A DNA stretch of 64,000 nucleotides, from NCBI GenBank assembly GCA_038087875.1, contig CM075993.1:2978001-3042000 (forward strand), written 5' to 3'. Positions 12,403-24,789 of this stretch are shown here, in pieces. The stretch comes from Malacoraja senta. Taxonomy: Eukaryota. The notes under the pieces are model-generated. The model was not told the origin of the DNA. It made no database searches and saw nothing but the letters and a program-made list of their open reading frames with translations. The translations under genes were made by a program, and so were the position numbers. How positions within the stretch are numbered: the first letter of the stretch is position 1; each line of letters opens with the position of its first letter.

Positions 12403-13279
12403 CTTTCTCTTCACATCCTCTACAACTTCCTTTGACATTTTCTCTCCTTCATTTCTATCCCCACTCCCAATACTCTTCAAGACTTCAATAGCTGAAGGGA
12501 GATCCCCTTAAATGAATGACTTTGACTTCAAGCCCACAGATTTCAAGCGTGATCTCTGGAACTCTAAATGGTCTAATGTTACCCCCCTACTAATACTGAA
12601 ACAAAGGTTGCTGTGACGAACCAGTTCATCGCTGCTCTCCAATTAACAACAACGCATGAACCATCTGAATAACGTTGCTGTCATTTGAGGCAATATAAAT
12701 ACTGTTCCTGCCAGCGAGTTGACTTTCTGGAGAGGACTCCTGAAATCATTCCTCCATTTTCGTCCTGGCCTTGAATATGTAAAAGGAAATATCTTTGCTG
12801 GTTTACCATGGAGAGTGCCACAGACAATTTAGCATTGGGAAGAGTGACAGGTTCAATACAGGACCTTGTACTATGATGTATAGTATGATAAGCATTCAAT
12901 GTTAATGGGGAAAGGAATGGTTAGTTATTGTTGGTCTGAACATTAGCATTCTCGTCTCCAGTAGGTTTGCTACACTGCACGATATACCACTGTTAGAGTT
13001 GCTGCCTCACAGCGCCGGAGACCCGGTCTTTAATCCTGACCTCGGGTGCTGGCTGTGTGGAGTTTGCAGGTTCTCACTCCGGTTTCCTCCGGTTTCTTCC
13101 CCCATGCCAAAGACGTGCGGGTTTGTAGGTTGATTGGCTTCTGTCAATTGCCCCCTAGTGTGAAGGGGAGTGCATGAGAAACTGGGATGACGTTGAACTG
13201 GTGTGGGCAGGTGATCAATGGTGTGAAAGGACTCACTGGGCCAGAGCCCACTGTATCCATGCTATATCTCTAAACCAAA

Positions 13280-13870
13280 CACAGAGTGCTGGAGTAACTC
13301 AGCGGGTCAGGCAGCATCTGTGGAGAACATGGATAGGTGACGTTTCACAGAGTGCTGGAGTAACTCAGCGGGTCAGGCAGCATCTGTGGAGAACATGGAT
13401 AGGTGACGTTTCACAGAGTGCTGGAGTAACTCAGCGGGTCAGGCAGCATCTGTGGAGCGAAGGAAATGGGCAACCTTTCGGGCCGAAACCTGAAGGAAAT
13501 AAGGCAACGTTTCGGGCCGAAACCCAGAAGGGTTTCGGGCCAAACGTTGCCTATTTCCTTCGCTCCATAGATGCTGCCGGAACATGGATAGGTGACGTTT
13601 CCCAGAGTGCTGGAGTAACTCAGCGGGTCAGGCAGCATCTGTGGAGAACATGGATAGGTGACGTTTCACAGAGTGCTGGAGTTACTCAGCGGGTCAGGCA
13701 GCATCTGTGGAGAACATGGATAGGTGACGTTTCCCAGAGTGCTGGAGTAACTCAGCGGGTCAGGCAGCATCTGTGGAGAACATGGGATAGGTGACGTTTC
13801 ACAGAGTGCTGGAGTAACTCAGCGGGTCAGGCAGCATCTGTGGAAACATGGATAGGTGACGTTTCGGGTC
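13280..13870 (-). repeat. Tandem array of a 66-bp Penelope-pLTR-derived unit (duplicate at ~16317-16840)
   Basis: Unit ACAGAGTGCTGGAGTAACTCAGCGGGTCAGGCAGCATCTGTGGAGAACATGGATAGGTGACGTTTC, interrupted by an inverted pLTR block. Confidence 0.85.
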
Positions 13871-14077
13871 GGGATCATTCTTGATGCTGTGCTTTTAGAG
13901 AAGGTGAGATTGGAGTACGTCAGGGGAAGAGAGACATCAAGACTGTTGATGTCACGTCGACAGTTGGCAGAAGCGCGGCACGGTGGAGCAGCGGTAGAAT
14001 TGTTGCCTTATGATAGGATCAGAGTTCGGCCATTCGGCCCATCAAGGTCTACTCCACATTCTACTCTCCCTCCTAAC

Positions 14078-14277
14078 NNNNNNNNNNNNNNNNNNNNNNN
14101 NNNNNNNNNNNNNNNNNNNNNNNNNNNNNNNNNNNNNNNNNNNNNNNNNNNNNNNNNNNNNNNNNNNNNNNNNNNNNNNNNNNNNNNNNNNNNNNNNNNN
14201 NNNNNNNNNNNNNNNNNNNNNNNNNNNNNNNNNNNNNNNNNNNNNNNNNNNNNNNNNNNNNNNNNNNNNNNNNNNNN
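14078..14277. other. Assembly gap (200 N)
   Basis: Run of N. Confidence 1.
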
Positions 14278-14966
14278 GTAAATGTGGTATCCGCTGCTAA
14301 CCACACCATTAAAGAAATACTCCTCCTTCCCGTCAAATTGATCCACTCCCCCCCCCCCCCCCCCGTATCTCTGCTTTCATTTAACACCGAGAACTTCGCC
14401 AGAGTCACCATGACATGGCAGCTACTCCCCTATTTATACAGCCCTGCACAGATGAGCTCATCGAGTTGAAGGCTGGCTGGCGAAGTCCAACTCCCTCACA
14501 GATCGATGTGAGAAGTTTGACGCTGGTGTTCTCTCCATCTCCCTCTCTGGTCCTCTCCTCTGCTCCCTGCCCTTCTTGTCTCTCTTCCTCTCTCCTTCAC
14601 TTCCTCTGCCTCTCTCTCCCTCGCCCTCTCTTCCACTTTCCCTCTCCCCGCTCTTTCTCTACCCACCTTCCCCTCTCTTTCATTTTCCCCCTCTCTCCCA
14701 TCCATTTTCCCTCTCCCTCTCTCCCTCCCCTTTCCCTCTCCCATTTTTCTCTCCCCTCTTCCACTTTCTCTTTCTTCCCTTTCCCTCTTTCCCTCTCCCC
14801 CCAATTTTCCCTCTCCCTCTCTTCCACTCTCTCTCCCCCTCTTTCTGTCTCTCTCCCTCTCTCTCCCCCCTCTCTCCCTCTTTCTGTCTGTCTCTCTCTA
14901 TCTATCCCTCTCTTTCTTTCTCTCTCTCTCCCTCCCTCCCTCTCTCTCTATCTCTCTATCTCTCTA

Positions 14967-15003
<37 letters not shown>

Positions 15004-15036
15004 CTCCCTCTCTCTCCCCCTCTCTCTCTCTCTCTA

Positions 15037-15099
<63 letters not shown>

Positions 15100-15215
15100 A
15101 TCTCTCTCACCCTCTTCTCTCTCTCTCTCTATCTCCCTCTCTCTCTCTCTCACTCTCTCTCTTCTCTCTCTTCTCTTTCTCTCTCTCTCTCTCGCTCTCC
15201 TCTCTCTTCTCTCTA

Positions 15216-15267
<52 letters not shown>

Positions 15268-15318
15268 ATCTCGCTCTCCTCTCTCTTCTCTCTATCTCTC
15301 TCTCTCTCTATATATATA

Positions 15319-15355
<37 letters not shown>

Positions 15356-15397
15356 ATTTCTCTCTCTCTCACCCTCTCTTCTCTCTCTCTATCTCCA

Positions 15398-15439
<42 letters not shown>

Positions 15440-17049
15440 CTTTCTCTTCACATCCTCTACAACTTCCTTCGACATTTTCTCTCCTTCATTTCTATCCCCA
15501 CTGCCAATACTCTTCAAGACTTCAATAGCTGAAGGGAGATCCCCTTAAATGAATGACTTTGACTTCAAGCCCACAGATTTCAAGCGTGATCTCTGGAACT
15601 CTAAATGGTCTAATGTTACCCCCCTACTAATACTGAAACAAAGGTTGCTGTGACGAACCAGTTCATCGCTGCTCTCCAATTAACAACAACGCATGAACCA
15701 TCTGAATAACGTTGCTGTCATTTGAGGCAATATAAATACTGTTCCTGCCAGCGAGTTGACTTTCTGGAGAGGACTCCTGAAATCATTCCTCCATTTTCGT
15801 CCTGGCCTTGAATATGTAAAAGGAAATATCTTTGCTGGTTTACCATGGAGAGTGCCACAGACAATTTAGCATTGGGAAGAGTGACAGGTTCAATACAGGA
15901 CCTTGTACTATGATGTATAGTATGATAAGCATTCAATGTTAATGGGGAAAGGAATGGTTAGTTATTGTTGGTCTGAACATTAGCATTCTCGTCTCCAGTA
16001 GGTTTGCTACACTGCACGATATACCACTGTTAGAGTTGCTGCCTCACAGTGCCGGAGACCCGTCTTTAATCCTGACCTCGGGTGCTGGCTGTGTGGAGTT
16101 TGCAGGTTCTCACTCCGGTTTCCTCCGGTTTCTTCCCCCATGCCAAAGACGTGCGGGTTTGTAGGTTGATTGGCTTCTGTCAATTGCCCCCTAGTGTGAA
16201 GGGGAGTGCATGAGAAACTGGGATGACGTTGAACTGGTGTGGGCAGGTGATCAATGGTGTGAAAGGACTCACTGGGCCAGAGCCCACTGTATCCATGCTA
16301 TATCTCTAAACCAAACACAGAGTGCTGGAGTAACTCAGCGGGTCAGGCAGCATCTGTGGAGAACATGGATAGGTGACGTTTCACAGAGTGCTGGAGTAAC
16401 TCAGCGGGTCAGGCAGCATCTGTGGAGAACATGGATAGGTGACGTTTCACAGAGTGCTGGAGTAACTCAGCGGGTCAGGCAGCATCTGTGGAGCGAAGGA
16501 AATGGGCAACCTTTCGGGCCGAAACCCTGAAGGAAATAGGCAACGTTTCGGGCCGAAACCCAGAAGGGTTTCGGGCCGAAACGTTGCCTATTTCCTTCGC
16601 TCCATAGATGCTGCCGGAACATGGATAGGTGACGTTTCCCAGAGTGCTGGAGTAACTCAGCGGGTCAGGCAGCATCTGTGGAGAACATGGATAGGTGACG
16701 TTTCACAGAGTGCTGGAGTTACTCAGCGGGTCAGGCAGCATCTGTGGAGAACATGGATAGGTGACGTTTCCCAGAGTGCTGGAGTAACTCAGCGGGTCAG
16801 GCAGCATCTGTGGAGAACATGGATAGGTGACGTTTCGGGTCGGGATCATTCTTGATGCTGTGCTTTTAGAGAAGGTGAGATTGGAGTACGTCAGGGGAAG
16901 AGAGACATCAAGACAGTTGATGTCACGTCGACAGTTGGCAGAGGGGCGGCACGGTGGAGCAACGGTAGAATTGTTGCCTTATGATAGGATCAGAGTTCGG
17001 CCATTCGGCCCATCAAGTCTACTCCACCATTCAATCTCTCCCTCCTAAC
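14278..17049 (+). repeat. Copy 2 of the ~2.8-kb duplication
   Basis: Colinear with 11260-14077. Confidence 0.95.
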
Positions 17050-17550
17050 CCCATTCTCCTGCCTTCTCCCCATGACCCCTGACACCCGTACTAATCAAGA
17101 ATCTATCTATCTCTGCCTTGAAAATATCCATCGACTTGGACTCCACAGCCTTCTGTGGCAATTAATCCCACAGATTCACCACCCTCTGATGAATGAGAGG
17201 GAGAGTTGCTCTTCAGGTTCATATTAAATCTTGCCCCTCTCACTTTAAACGCGCGTCCACTGGTTTCACGCTTCCTTTACCCTGGGTAAAGGATTCTGTG
17301 GCTTCCCCCATCTAATCCCCTCATCAATTGATAAACCTTTACAAGGCGGTCACGGTGGGGCAGCGGTAGAGTTGCTGCCTTACAGCGCTTGCAGCTCCGG
17401 AGACCAGGGTTCGATCCTGACTACGGGTGCTGTCTGTACGGAGTTTGTACCTTCTCCCCGTGACCACATGGGATTTTCCCCGACATCTTCTCCAAAGACG
17501 TGCAGGTACATGGATTAATTGGTTTGGTGTTTGTGTAAATTGTCCCTCGT

Positions 17551-17677
17551 GTGTGGCATGCACAGCCTAAAGTTGTAGGACAACTTGCTCTATTTGATCT
17601 TATTTGACTGCGCACGCCAGGTCGAATGCATTCGTCGAAACAGGGCGGTCCAAGTGAAGGTTGCAATCTCCCACCCC
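17551..17677 (-). mobile_element. HDV-like-ribozyme-headed short retroposon, copy C (tail lost)
   Basis: Homologous to 52877-53016 and 60237-60368. Confidence 0.85.
17624..17677 (-). ncRNA. HDV/CPEB3-like ribozyme motif, degenerate
   Basis: GGGGTGG GA GATTGCA ACC TTCACTT GGA CCGCCCT GT TTCGA CGAA TGCATTC; one mismatch each in P2 and P3. Confidence 0.65.
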
Positions 17678-18475
17678 AAGATGGTGTTAATGTGCGGGGA
17701 TTCCTTGGTGGTCCTGAAGGGGCATGTTTCCGCTCTGTATCTCGAAACTAAACTTAGTATCTCGATCAGTATCTCGACCAGAAACCTTCTCCAAAGGTGC
17801 AGAAGTTCACGTTCAGAATTAGACCATTCGGCCCATCACACAGATCTCCAGCGATGCTGCCCGACCTGTCGAGTTACTCCAGCTCTTTGTGTCCTTTTGT
17901 GTATTAACCAGCGTCTGCATGTTCCTTGTTTCAGAACTCAATATTACCTCCCTTTTCGTTGTGTTCCTGCCAATATGTGCGCTCACCCCGGAATGAAAAC
18001 GGTTGAGCAATCTTGCTTTGTGATCGAAGATTTACAAACACTATTAAAACACAGACAAATCCATCCAGTTCTTAAGTATAAACTATCTCTTCCGTTGCTC
18101 GCAAGTTATGATTGAATTTCGAAGCACATCATTGTGTGGCACAGCAGGAGGCAAGAATTCCTTTGATTGCTTCGCACTGCAATATCGTAAATGTGTTTGC
18201 GAAGGTTAAGTTGATACACTATTTTCAGCTCAAAAGAGGAAATCTTTCATGAACACGTTTACAATGCCATTACATATAACGACCATCAGAAGTCTCTGCC
18301 TCGTGACTCCGAGATCCTGCCCTTGTCGCATCTCGCAGCAAGTAACCCTTGCTCTCCCTCTCTCTCCGTCCCTCCCCACCCCCCACCCTAGTTTCACTGT
18401 CCTCCTGATTAATTTTACCTGATTGCATGCCTCCAATTCGCCAACAATGAACCTGAGTGCAATGGCAATTTCTAA

Positions 18476-19158
18476 CTTTTTTTTTTTTTTTCCATTTATT
18501 TTTTACACTAGAAAAGGAAAAGATTGAAAGAAAGAAGAAAGTGAAGGAAAAAGTGAGAGTGTAGGAAATGTGACAACGAAAAAGGACGAAGACCCTATAA
18601 GAGCAAAATTAAAAACAAAAGAAAAAGAGTTAAGAAATAGACCCTAGAAAAGAAGGAGAAAGAGAAAGAGGAAAAAGAGAGAAACAAATATTTTTATGAG
18701 CATTACGTAAATGGGACATACCAACTCTTCAACTAGCATCCCCCCTTACCTGACCTCAATTTTTTTTTAAAGGTACCTTTGCACCCTATATTTGTAATAA
18801 TTCTATAAATGCAGACCACGTCAGGTGGAAGTGATCTGGTTTACCTGCTAGGAGGAGTCTTATCTCTTCTAGGTGTAATGTTTCGAACATATTTGAAATC
18901 CACATATTTATAGTTGGTATTGGAGCCTTCTTCCAAAATTTTAGAATTAGCTTTTTTCCAGTTATTAACCCATAGCCTATTAGTTTCTTTTGAAACACAT
19001 TTAGTTCTGGACCATCTTCCGTTATTCCGAAGATAATCCATTCTGCTTTGGGTATCAGTCTTATTTTAAATAATTTTGTAAAGATTTCAAAAATTTCATT
19101 CCAAAATTTTTGAATTTTTGTACAGAAAACGAATGAGTGCGCTATAGTAGCTTCTTGT
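18476..19158 (-). mobile_element. L1-clade LINE ORF2 C-terminus, 3'UTR and poly(A)
   Basis: HSFVFCTKIQKFWNEIF..LITGKKLILKFWKKAPIPTINMWISNM..FHLTWSAFIELLQI; poly(T) on + at 18476-18491. Confidence 0.8.
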
Positions 19159-19399
19159 GCATTTCCGTTGCCTTCACTACATGGGAATGTGGGAGTGATC
19201 TTACGTGGACAAAAGAATGGATCTTCCAGTCCTATAATTCCAGCTTAATCGGTTCTTTATAGAAGAAGTTGTACATACAAAAAGTTGAACATCCTCTTTA
19301 TTCTTATACAAATTGTAGCTTTCCGTCCTGACTATCTGTTGGGAACTGCGTTCTCTCCTGGTCCCAGTGGCTTGTCTGATCTGGCCGCTCCCCCTCTAA

Positions 19400-20606
19400 A
19401 GGGGCCGTTCCACTGCGGCGACCTAATCCGCGACTTCGGAAGAGTGTCTTCGATCTTCAAGCTCGAGGGCACTCGCCTGGAAAACCTCGAGCTGGATCAA
19501 CCGTCAGCGATGGAACCGTGAGCCGGATCGACCGACCGCACACACACACACATCGCAAAGGCGGGGGCCAGGGAAAGCGGGGGAGCGCTGTCTGAAATTC
19601 ACACCCGCGATGAAGAGGAAGGTAAAAGACGGCTGCACAGTGTACGGTAAGTCCTTTAGAGAGTGCGGAGGGGGGGGAGGGGGGGAGAGAAGGGGAGAGA
19701 AGGGGAGAAAGGGGAGAGAAGGAGAGAGAAGGGGAGAGTAGGGGAGAGAAGGGGAGAGAAGGGGAGAAAGGGGGAGAGGAGAGAGAAGGGGAGAGTAGGG
19801 GAGAGAAGGGGAGAGAAGGGGAGAAAGGGGGAGAGAAGGAGAGAGAAGGGGAGAGAAGGGGAGAAAGGGGGAGAGAAGGAGAGAAAAGGGGGAGAGAAGG
19901 AAAGAGAAGGGGAGAGAAGGGGTGGATAAGGGGGGAAGAAAGGGAGAGAAGGGGACAGTAGGGGAGAGAAGGGGAGAGAAGGGGAGAAAGGGGGAGAGAA
20001 GGAGAGAGAAGGGGAGAGTAGGGGAGAGAAGGGGAGAAAGGGGGAGAGAAGGAAAGAGAAGGGGAGAGAAGGGGTGGATAAGGGGGGAAGAAGGGGAGAG
20101 AAGGAGAGAGAAGGGGAGAGAAGGGGTGGATAAGGGGGGAAGAATGGGAGAGAAGGGGAGAGAAGGGGGAGGAGAGGGGGAGAAGGAGTGGAGACACTTT
20201 TAAGAAGCCAGACAACTTATAATAAGTTTTGGCGGGCATTTTACCTACCGGTCAGTTTTCCTTGTTCCTGAAAACTCCAATGAGCCAATTAAACTGCCCG
20301 GTCGGTCAGCGAAGGAGATTGCCTGCGGCTGCCCTCGACTGCCTGTAACTACATAGCGACCCCACTCCACTGCACTACGAGTTCAAAAGAACCACGGCGA
20401 CCAATTTTTCCTCGCGGAAAATTTCTCAACATGCTGAAACATTTTCAGGGACCTAGCTGAGGCCGCGTGTGTGCGGGAACGTCCCTCGAGCATGAAGGAG
20501 AGTTCCAGTGACCTCCTAGGACCACGTGCCGGCCATGCCGTGCGTTTGAGTCGAGGGCAAACTCGTCTAAACTTGCAGATTAGGTCACCACAGTGCGACA
20601 GGCCCT
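19400..20606 (+). mobile_element. PIF/Harbinger-like non-autonomous element with an expanded purine repeat
   Basis: TIR AGGGGCCGTTCCACTG / CAGTGCGACAGGCCCT with TAA on both flanks; GGAGAGAAGG-type repeat ~19670-20185. Confidence 0.8.
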
Positions 20607-21492
20607 TAACGCCATCTACGTATCAAATGCCCATCCACAGGCGTTCAAAATAATACTGCTAAAAATATCTAGACAAAATAATACAATATGCCAACGGTAA
20701 CTAGCCTAAACATGAATGGCTCCTACACTGTGTGAATGGTGTGAATCTGTGGGATTCTCTGCCAGTGGAGGCCAATTCACTCTTCATTTTCTGTATCTTC
20801 ACCCCTTACAGTTGCCTCATCTCACCATCAAATACTGGATGTTTTCAAGAGAGAGTTGGTTTTAGCTCCTAGGGTTAAAGGAATCAAGGGATATGGGGAA
20901 AAAAGCAGGAACAGGGGAACTGATCTTAGATGATCAGCCATGATCATATTGAATGGCGGTGCTGGTTCGAATGGCCTACTCCTGCACCTAATTTTCTATG
21001 TTTCTATGAACCATTCTACATTTGCTTATCATTGCCTGCTTTGATCTCTCGTTTTCCACCTTGCCCCTCCATATCTCTAGACTCCCCCTCCCCTGACTCG
21101 GAGGGGGAGTCTAGAGACGTCACCCATTCCTCCTCTCAAGAGATGCTGCCTGTCCCACTGAGTTACTCCAGCATTTTGTGTCTATATTCGATGTAAACCA
21201 GCCTCTGCAGTTCCTTCCTACACATTGGTAAAAAATAACCTGTTACTCCGGCATTTAGTGTCTATCTTCGATGTCGGAGGAGGTGCAGGAAACTGCAGAG
21301 AGAACAATGAGGTTCAAGCAAGTGTAGTCATCTGCAGTGGACAAAAATGCTGGAGAAACTCAGCGGGTGAGGCAGCATCTATGGAGCGAAGGATATCGGC
21401 AACGTTTCGGGTCGAGACCCTTCTTCAGACTGATCCTGCCCTGTTTATCAGATACATGGACGTTTTTTAGATATACACTCGCACACACACTT

Positions 21493-21920
21493 AGAAACAT
21501 AGAAACATAGAAAATAGGTGCAGGAGTAGGCCATTCGGCCCTTCGAGCCTGCACCGCCATTCAATATGACCATGGCTGATCATCCAACTCAGTATCCCGT
21601 ACCTGCCTTCTCTCCATACCCCCTGATCCCTTTAGCCACAAGGGCCACATCTAACTCCCTCTTAAATATAGCCAATGAACTGGCCTCAACTACCCTCTGT
21701 GGCAGAGAATTCCACAGATTCACCACTCTCTGTGTGAAAAATGATTTTCTCATCTCTGTCCTAAAGGATTTCCCCCTTATCCTTAAACTGTGACCCCTTG
21801 TTCTGGACTTCCCCAACATCGGGAACAATCTTCCTGCATTTAGCCTGTCCAACCCCATAAGAATTTTGTAAGTTTCTATAAGATCCCCCCTCAATCTTCT
21901 AAATTCTAGCGAGTACAAGC
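21493..21920 (-). mobile_element. CR1 LINE 3' end
   Basis: ORF 21589-21918 YSLEFRRLRGDLIETYKIL..GIRGYGEKAGTGY plus tail. Confidence 0.93.
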
Positions 21921-22341
21921 CATGTGTCCACTTATGTCCATGAAAGTTGTTCTAACATCTTCTTGTGCGGCTGGGTGTCAAAGTTTGCCTGATGATGTTC
22001 CTTTGAGCCACACGAGCACATCAAAGCTGTGATGCAGGTGGACATTGTTCCAGGCATCCACAACTGAGACAACACAGGTTGGCGTTCAGGCATGGGACAT
22101 GTTCCACCGCGGGCAGCACAGATCAGTGAGACAACGAGAGACAAAGGAAAATCGATCAGTGAATCCCCACTACAAAGGGACCAACTACAAAGGGAAATAG
22201 TGACAATCAGAGGAATGTAGTCAGATCATCAACGGCCCTGCAGATACCTGGAGGTGAGGTGGCCACGTACTAGTGATGAAATCAGCTGCTACTAATATGA
22301 ACTGGAATATATACAGTATATATGGAAAAGTGATGACACTG

Positions 22342-23050
22342 GCACACGCACACACGCACACGCACACACACACACAAACACACACGCGCACACGCACATG
22401 CACACCCACACGTGCACACGCACACGCACGCACGCACACACACACACACACACACGCACATGCACACGCACACACACACACACACACACGCGCATGCACA
22501 CGCACACGCACGCACACACACACACACACACACGCACGCGCATGCACACGCACACACACACACGCACCCGCACACGCGCACACGCACATGCACACGCACA
22601 CGCACACACGCACACACACACACATGCTCACGCACATGCACACACATACACACACACACACACACACATGCACACACACACACACACCCACACACGCACG
22701 CACACATGCACACGCACACACACACACACACACGTAGACATATATACACACACACACACGCACACGCACACACTCACACACGCACAAGCACACACGCACA
22801 CACTCACACACGCACACAGACACACGCACAAACGCACACACGCGCACACACATGCACACACTCGCGCACACATGTATACATATATATATACACACACACA
22901 CATGCACAAACACACACACACATACACACACACACATACACACACACACACGCACACACAGACACACGTGTATATATATATATATATATATTTATACACG
23001 CACACACACACGCACACATATATCTATACATATACATATCTATATATATA
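22342..23050. repeat. Compound (CA)n/(CG)/(TA)n microsatellite
   Basis: Visible directly in the sequence. Confidence 0.97.
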
Positions 23051-24287
23051 GATGTAGCCCAGACCATCTCACAAATCAACCTCCCTTCCATTGATACAAA
23101 ATGCTGGAGTAACTCAGCGTGACAGGTAACAAGGGTCTCGACCCGAAACATCACCCATTCCTTCTCTCCAGAGATGCTGCCTGTCCCGCTGAGTTACTCC
23201 GGCATTTTGGGTCCACCTTCAGAACAGGATTGCTTGTCATTCTGGTATCAATGGGCCAAATGGCTTCTTAATATGTCGCAAAGAACCAACCTATTTATCA
23301 ATGCTGGAGAAACTCAGCGGGTGAGGCAGCATCTATGGAGCGAAGGAAATAGGCAACGTTTCGGGCCGAAACCCTTCTTCTATGGAGCAAAGGAAATAGG
23401 CAACGTTTCGGCCCGAAACCCTTCTTCTATGGAGCAAAGGAAATAGGCAACGTTTCGTCCCGAAACGTTGCCTATTTCCTTCGCTCCATAGATGCTGCTG
23501 CACCCGCTGAGTTTCTCCAGCATTTTTGTCTACCTTCGATTTTCCAGCATCTGCAGTTCCTTCTTAAACAATCTATATATCAGTCCCATTTCAGAATTCC
23601 CTTCTCGGAGCGAGCACGTCCCTCAGACATCTCGCTGTACAAGAGGAGCTTTCATTTGCATATTGCTTCCAAAGGCAGCAAAACTGTCCCGTGGAGAATT
23701 AGCAAACGAAAAAAACGGATGACGAGCCTTCTACCAGGGTATAAAGATGACAGAAAGATTGGTGAATGTGATCGAGCTTAATCGGTGTAGTGAGAGAATG
23801 GTGTAGGGAAAACTAGGACGCTGGCCCGTGGGGAACTATCTCTCAACTTTAGTGTTTCCTTGTGATTCAGGACTCAAATACAACAAATTACTACATCGAT
23901 GCGGAGTTTGTTCATTATTATAGTTGGGCTAAAAGGCTTCCTGTCGACCCGAAACGTCACCCATTCCTTCTCTCCAGAGGTGCTGCCTGTCCCGCTGAGT
24001 TACTCCAGCTTTTTGGTGTCTATTTCCTGTAGACACAAGCTGATCCCAAGTGATAAGCATGATCTTTCGCAGGATGCCACGGTGGGACAGCGGGTAGAGT
24101 CGATGCCTCACAGCGCCGGAGTTCCAGGTTCGATCCTGACCTCGGGTGCTGTGCTGCCTGTGTGGAGTTCGCACGTCCCCTCCCTGTGACCTGCGTGGGT
24201 TTTCTCTGGGTGCTCCGGCTTCCCTCCCGCACTCCCACAAGACGATCACTGTACCTCGGCACACGAGACAATAAAAAACTAAACTCA

Positions 24288-24416
24288 AGGGCCTGTCCCA
24301 CTTGGGCATCATTGGCGCGTCACTGCCTACGTCACCACGCACCATGCGCGCGGAATGCACGCCAAGCACGCGTCACGACAATGACACGCAAATGACGCCC
24401 AAGGGGGACGGACCCT
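24288..24416. mobile_element. Harbinger-like MITE (short)
   Basis: AGGGCCTGTCCCACTTGGGC..GCCCAAGGGGGACGGACCCT; related to 57802-58023. Confidence 0.7.
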
Positions 24417-24517
24417 TAAAGCCATCCATAATTGGTAATGAGTGCCGGCCTTGCCAACAAATGTATTCTTCTGAATGGCTTTAAAACATCATTCAAGCAT
24501 TCGCAAACTCCTCTTTC

Positions 24518-24789
24518 AGTTTAGCTTAGTTTAGCTTAGAGATAGAGCGCGGAAACAGGCCCCTCGGCCCACCGATCCCCGCACAGTAACATTATCCTAC
24601 ACACACTAGGGCCAATGTACACTTACACCAAGCCAATTAAACTACAGACCTTGGAGTGTGGGGGTGAAACCGAAGATCTCGGAGAAAACCCGCGCAGGTC
24701 ACGGGGAGAAGGAACAAAGACTGCACAGGCCGCACCTGTAGTCGGGATAAGCGCTGTAAGGCAGCAACTCTACCGCTGCACCACCGTGT
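24518..24789 (-). mobile_element. V-SINE (HE1-like)
   Basis: Reverse-strand head, V-domain and tail. Confidence 0.8.

Larger units (their letters stand above)
11260..14077 (+). repeat. Copy 1 of a ~2.8-kb near-identical direct duplication across a gap
   Basis: Starts GTAAATGTGGTATCCGCTGCT and ends CCCTCCTAAC; repeated at 14278-17049. Confidence 0.95.
17346..17755 (+). mobile_element. V-SINE interrupted by the ribozyme-headed element
   Basis: Head and V-domain 17346-17550; the SINE resumes at ~17678 (GATGGTGTTAATGTGCGGGGA). Confidence 0.85.

Noticed and set aside
12681..12899. 72-aa ORF present twice (also 15718-15936)
   Set aside because: The recurrence is due to the probable false duplication, and no homology is recognised
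13174..13870. CRISPR-like array or repeat protein (also 8065-8640)
   Set aside because: The units are contiguous with no unique spacers, derive from the Penelope-like repeat, and lie in eukaryotic DNA with no cas genes
9724..15548. Long ORFs of 254-390 aa (SL-rich)
   Set aside because: They are translations of (CT)n microsatellites
22221..23154. Cys/Val- and His/Thr-rich ORFs (also 42188-42422 and 58408-59013)
   Set aside because: They are (CA)n/(GT)n repeats, not metal-binding proteins
23595..23780. Open frame after a TTTCAG acceptor-like site
   Set aside because: No recognisable protein similarity and no convincing donor
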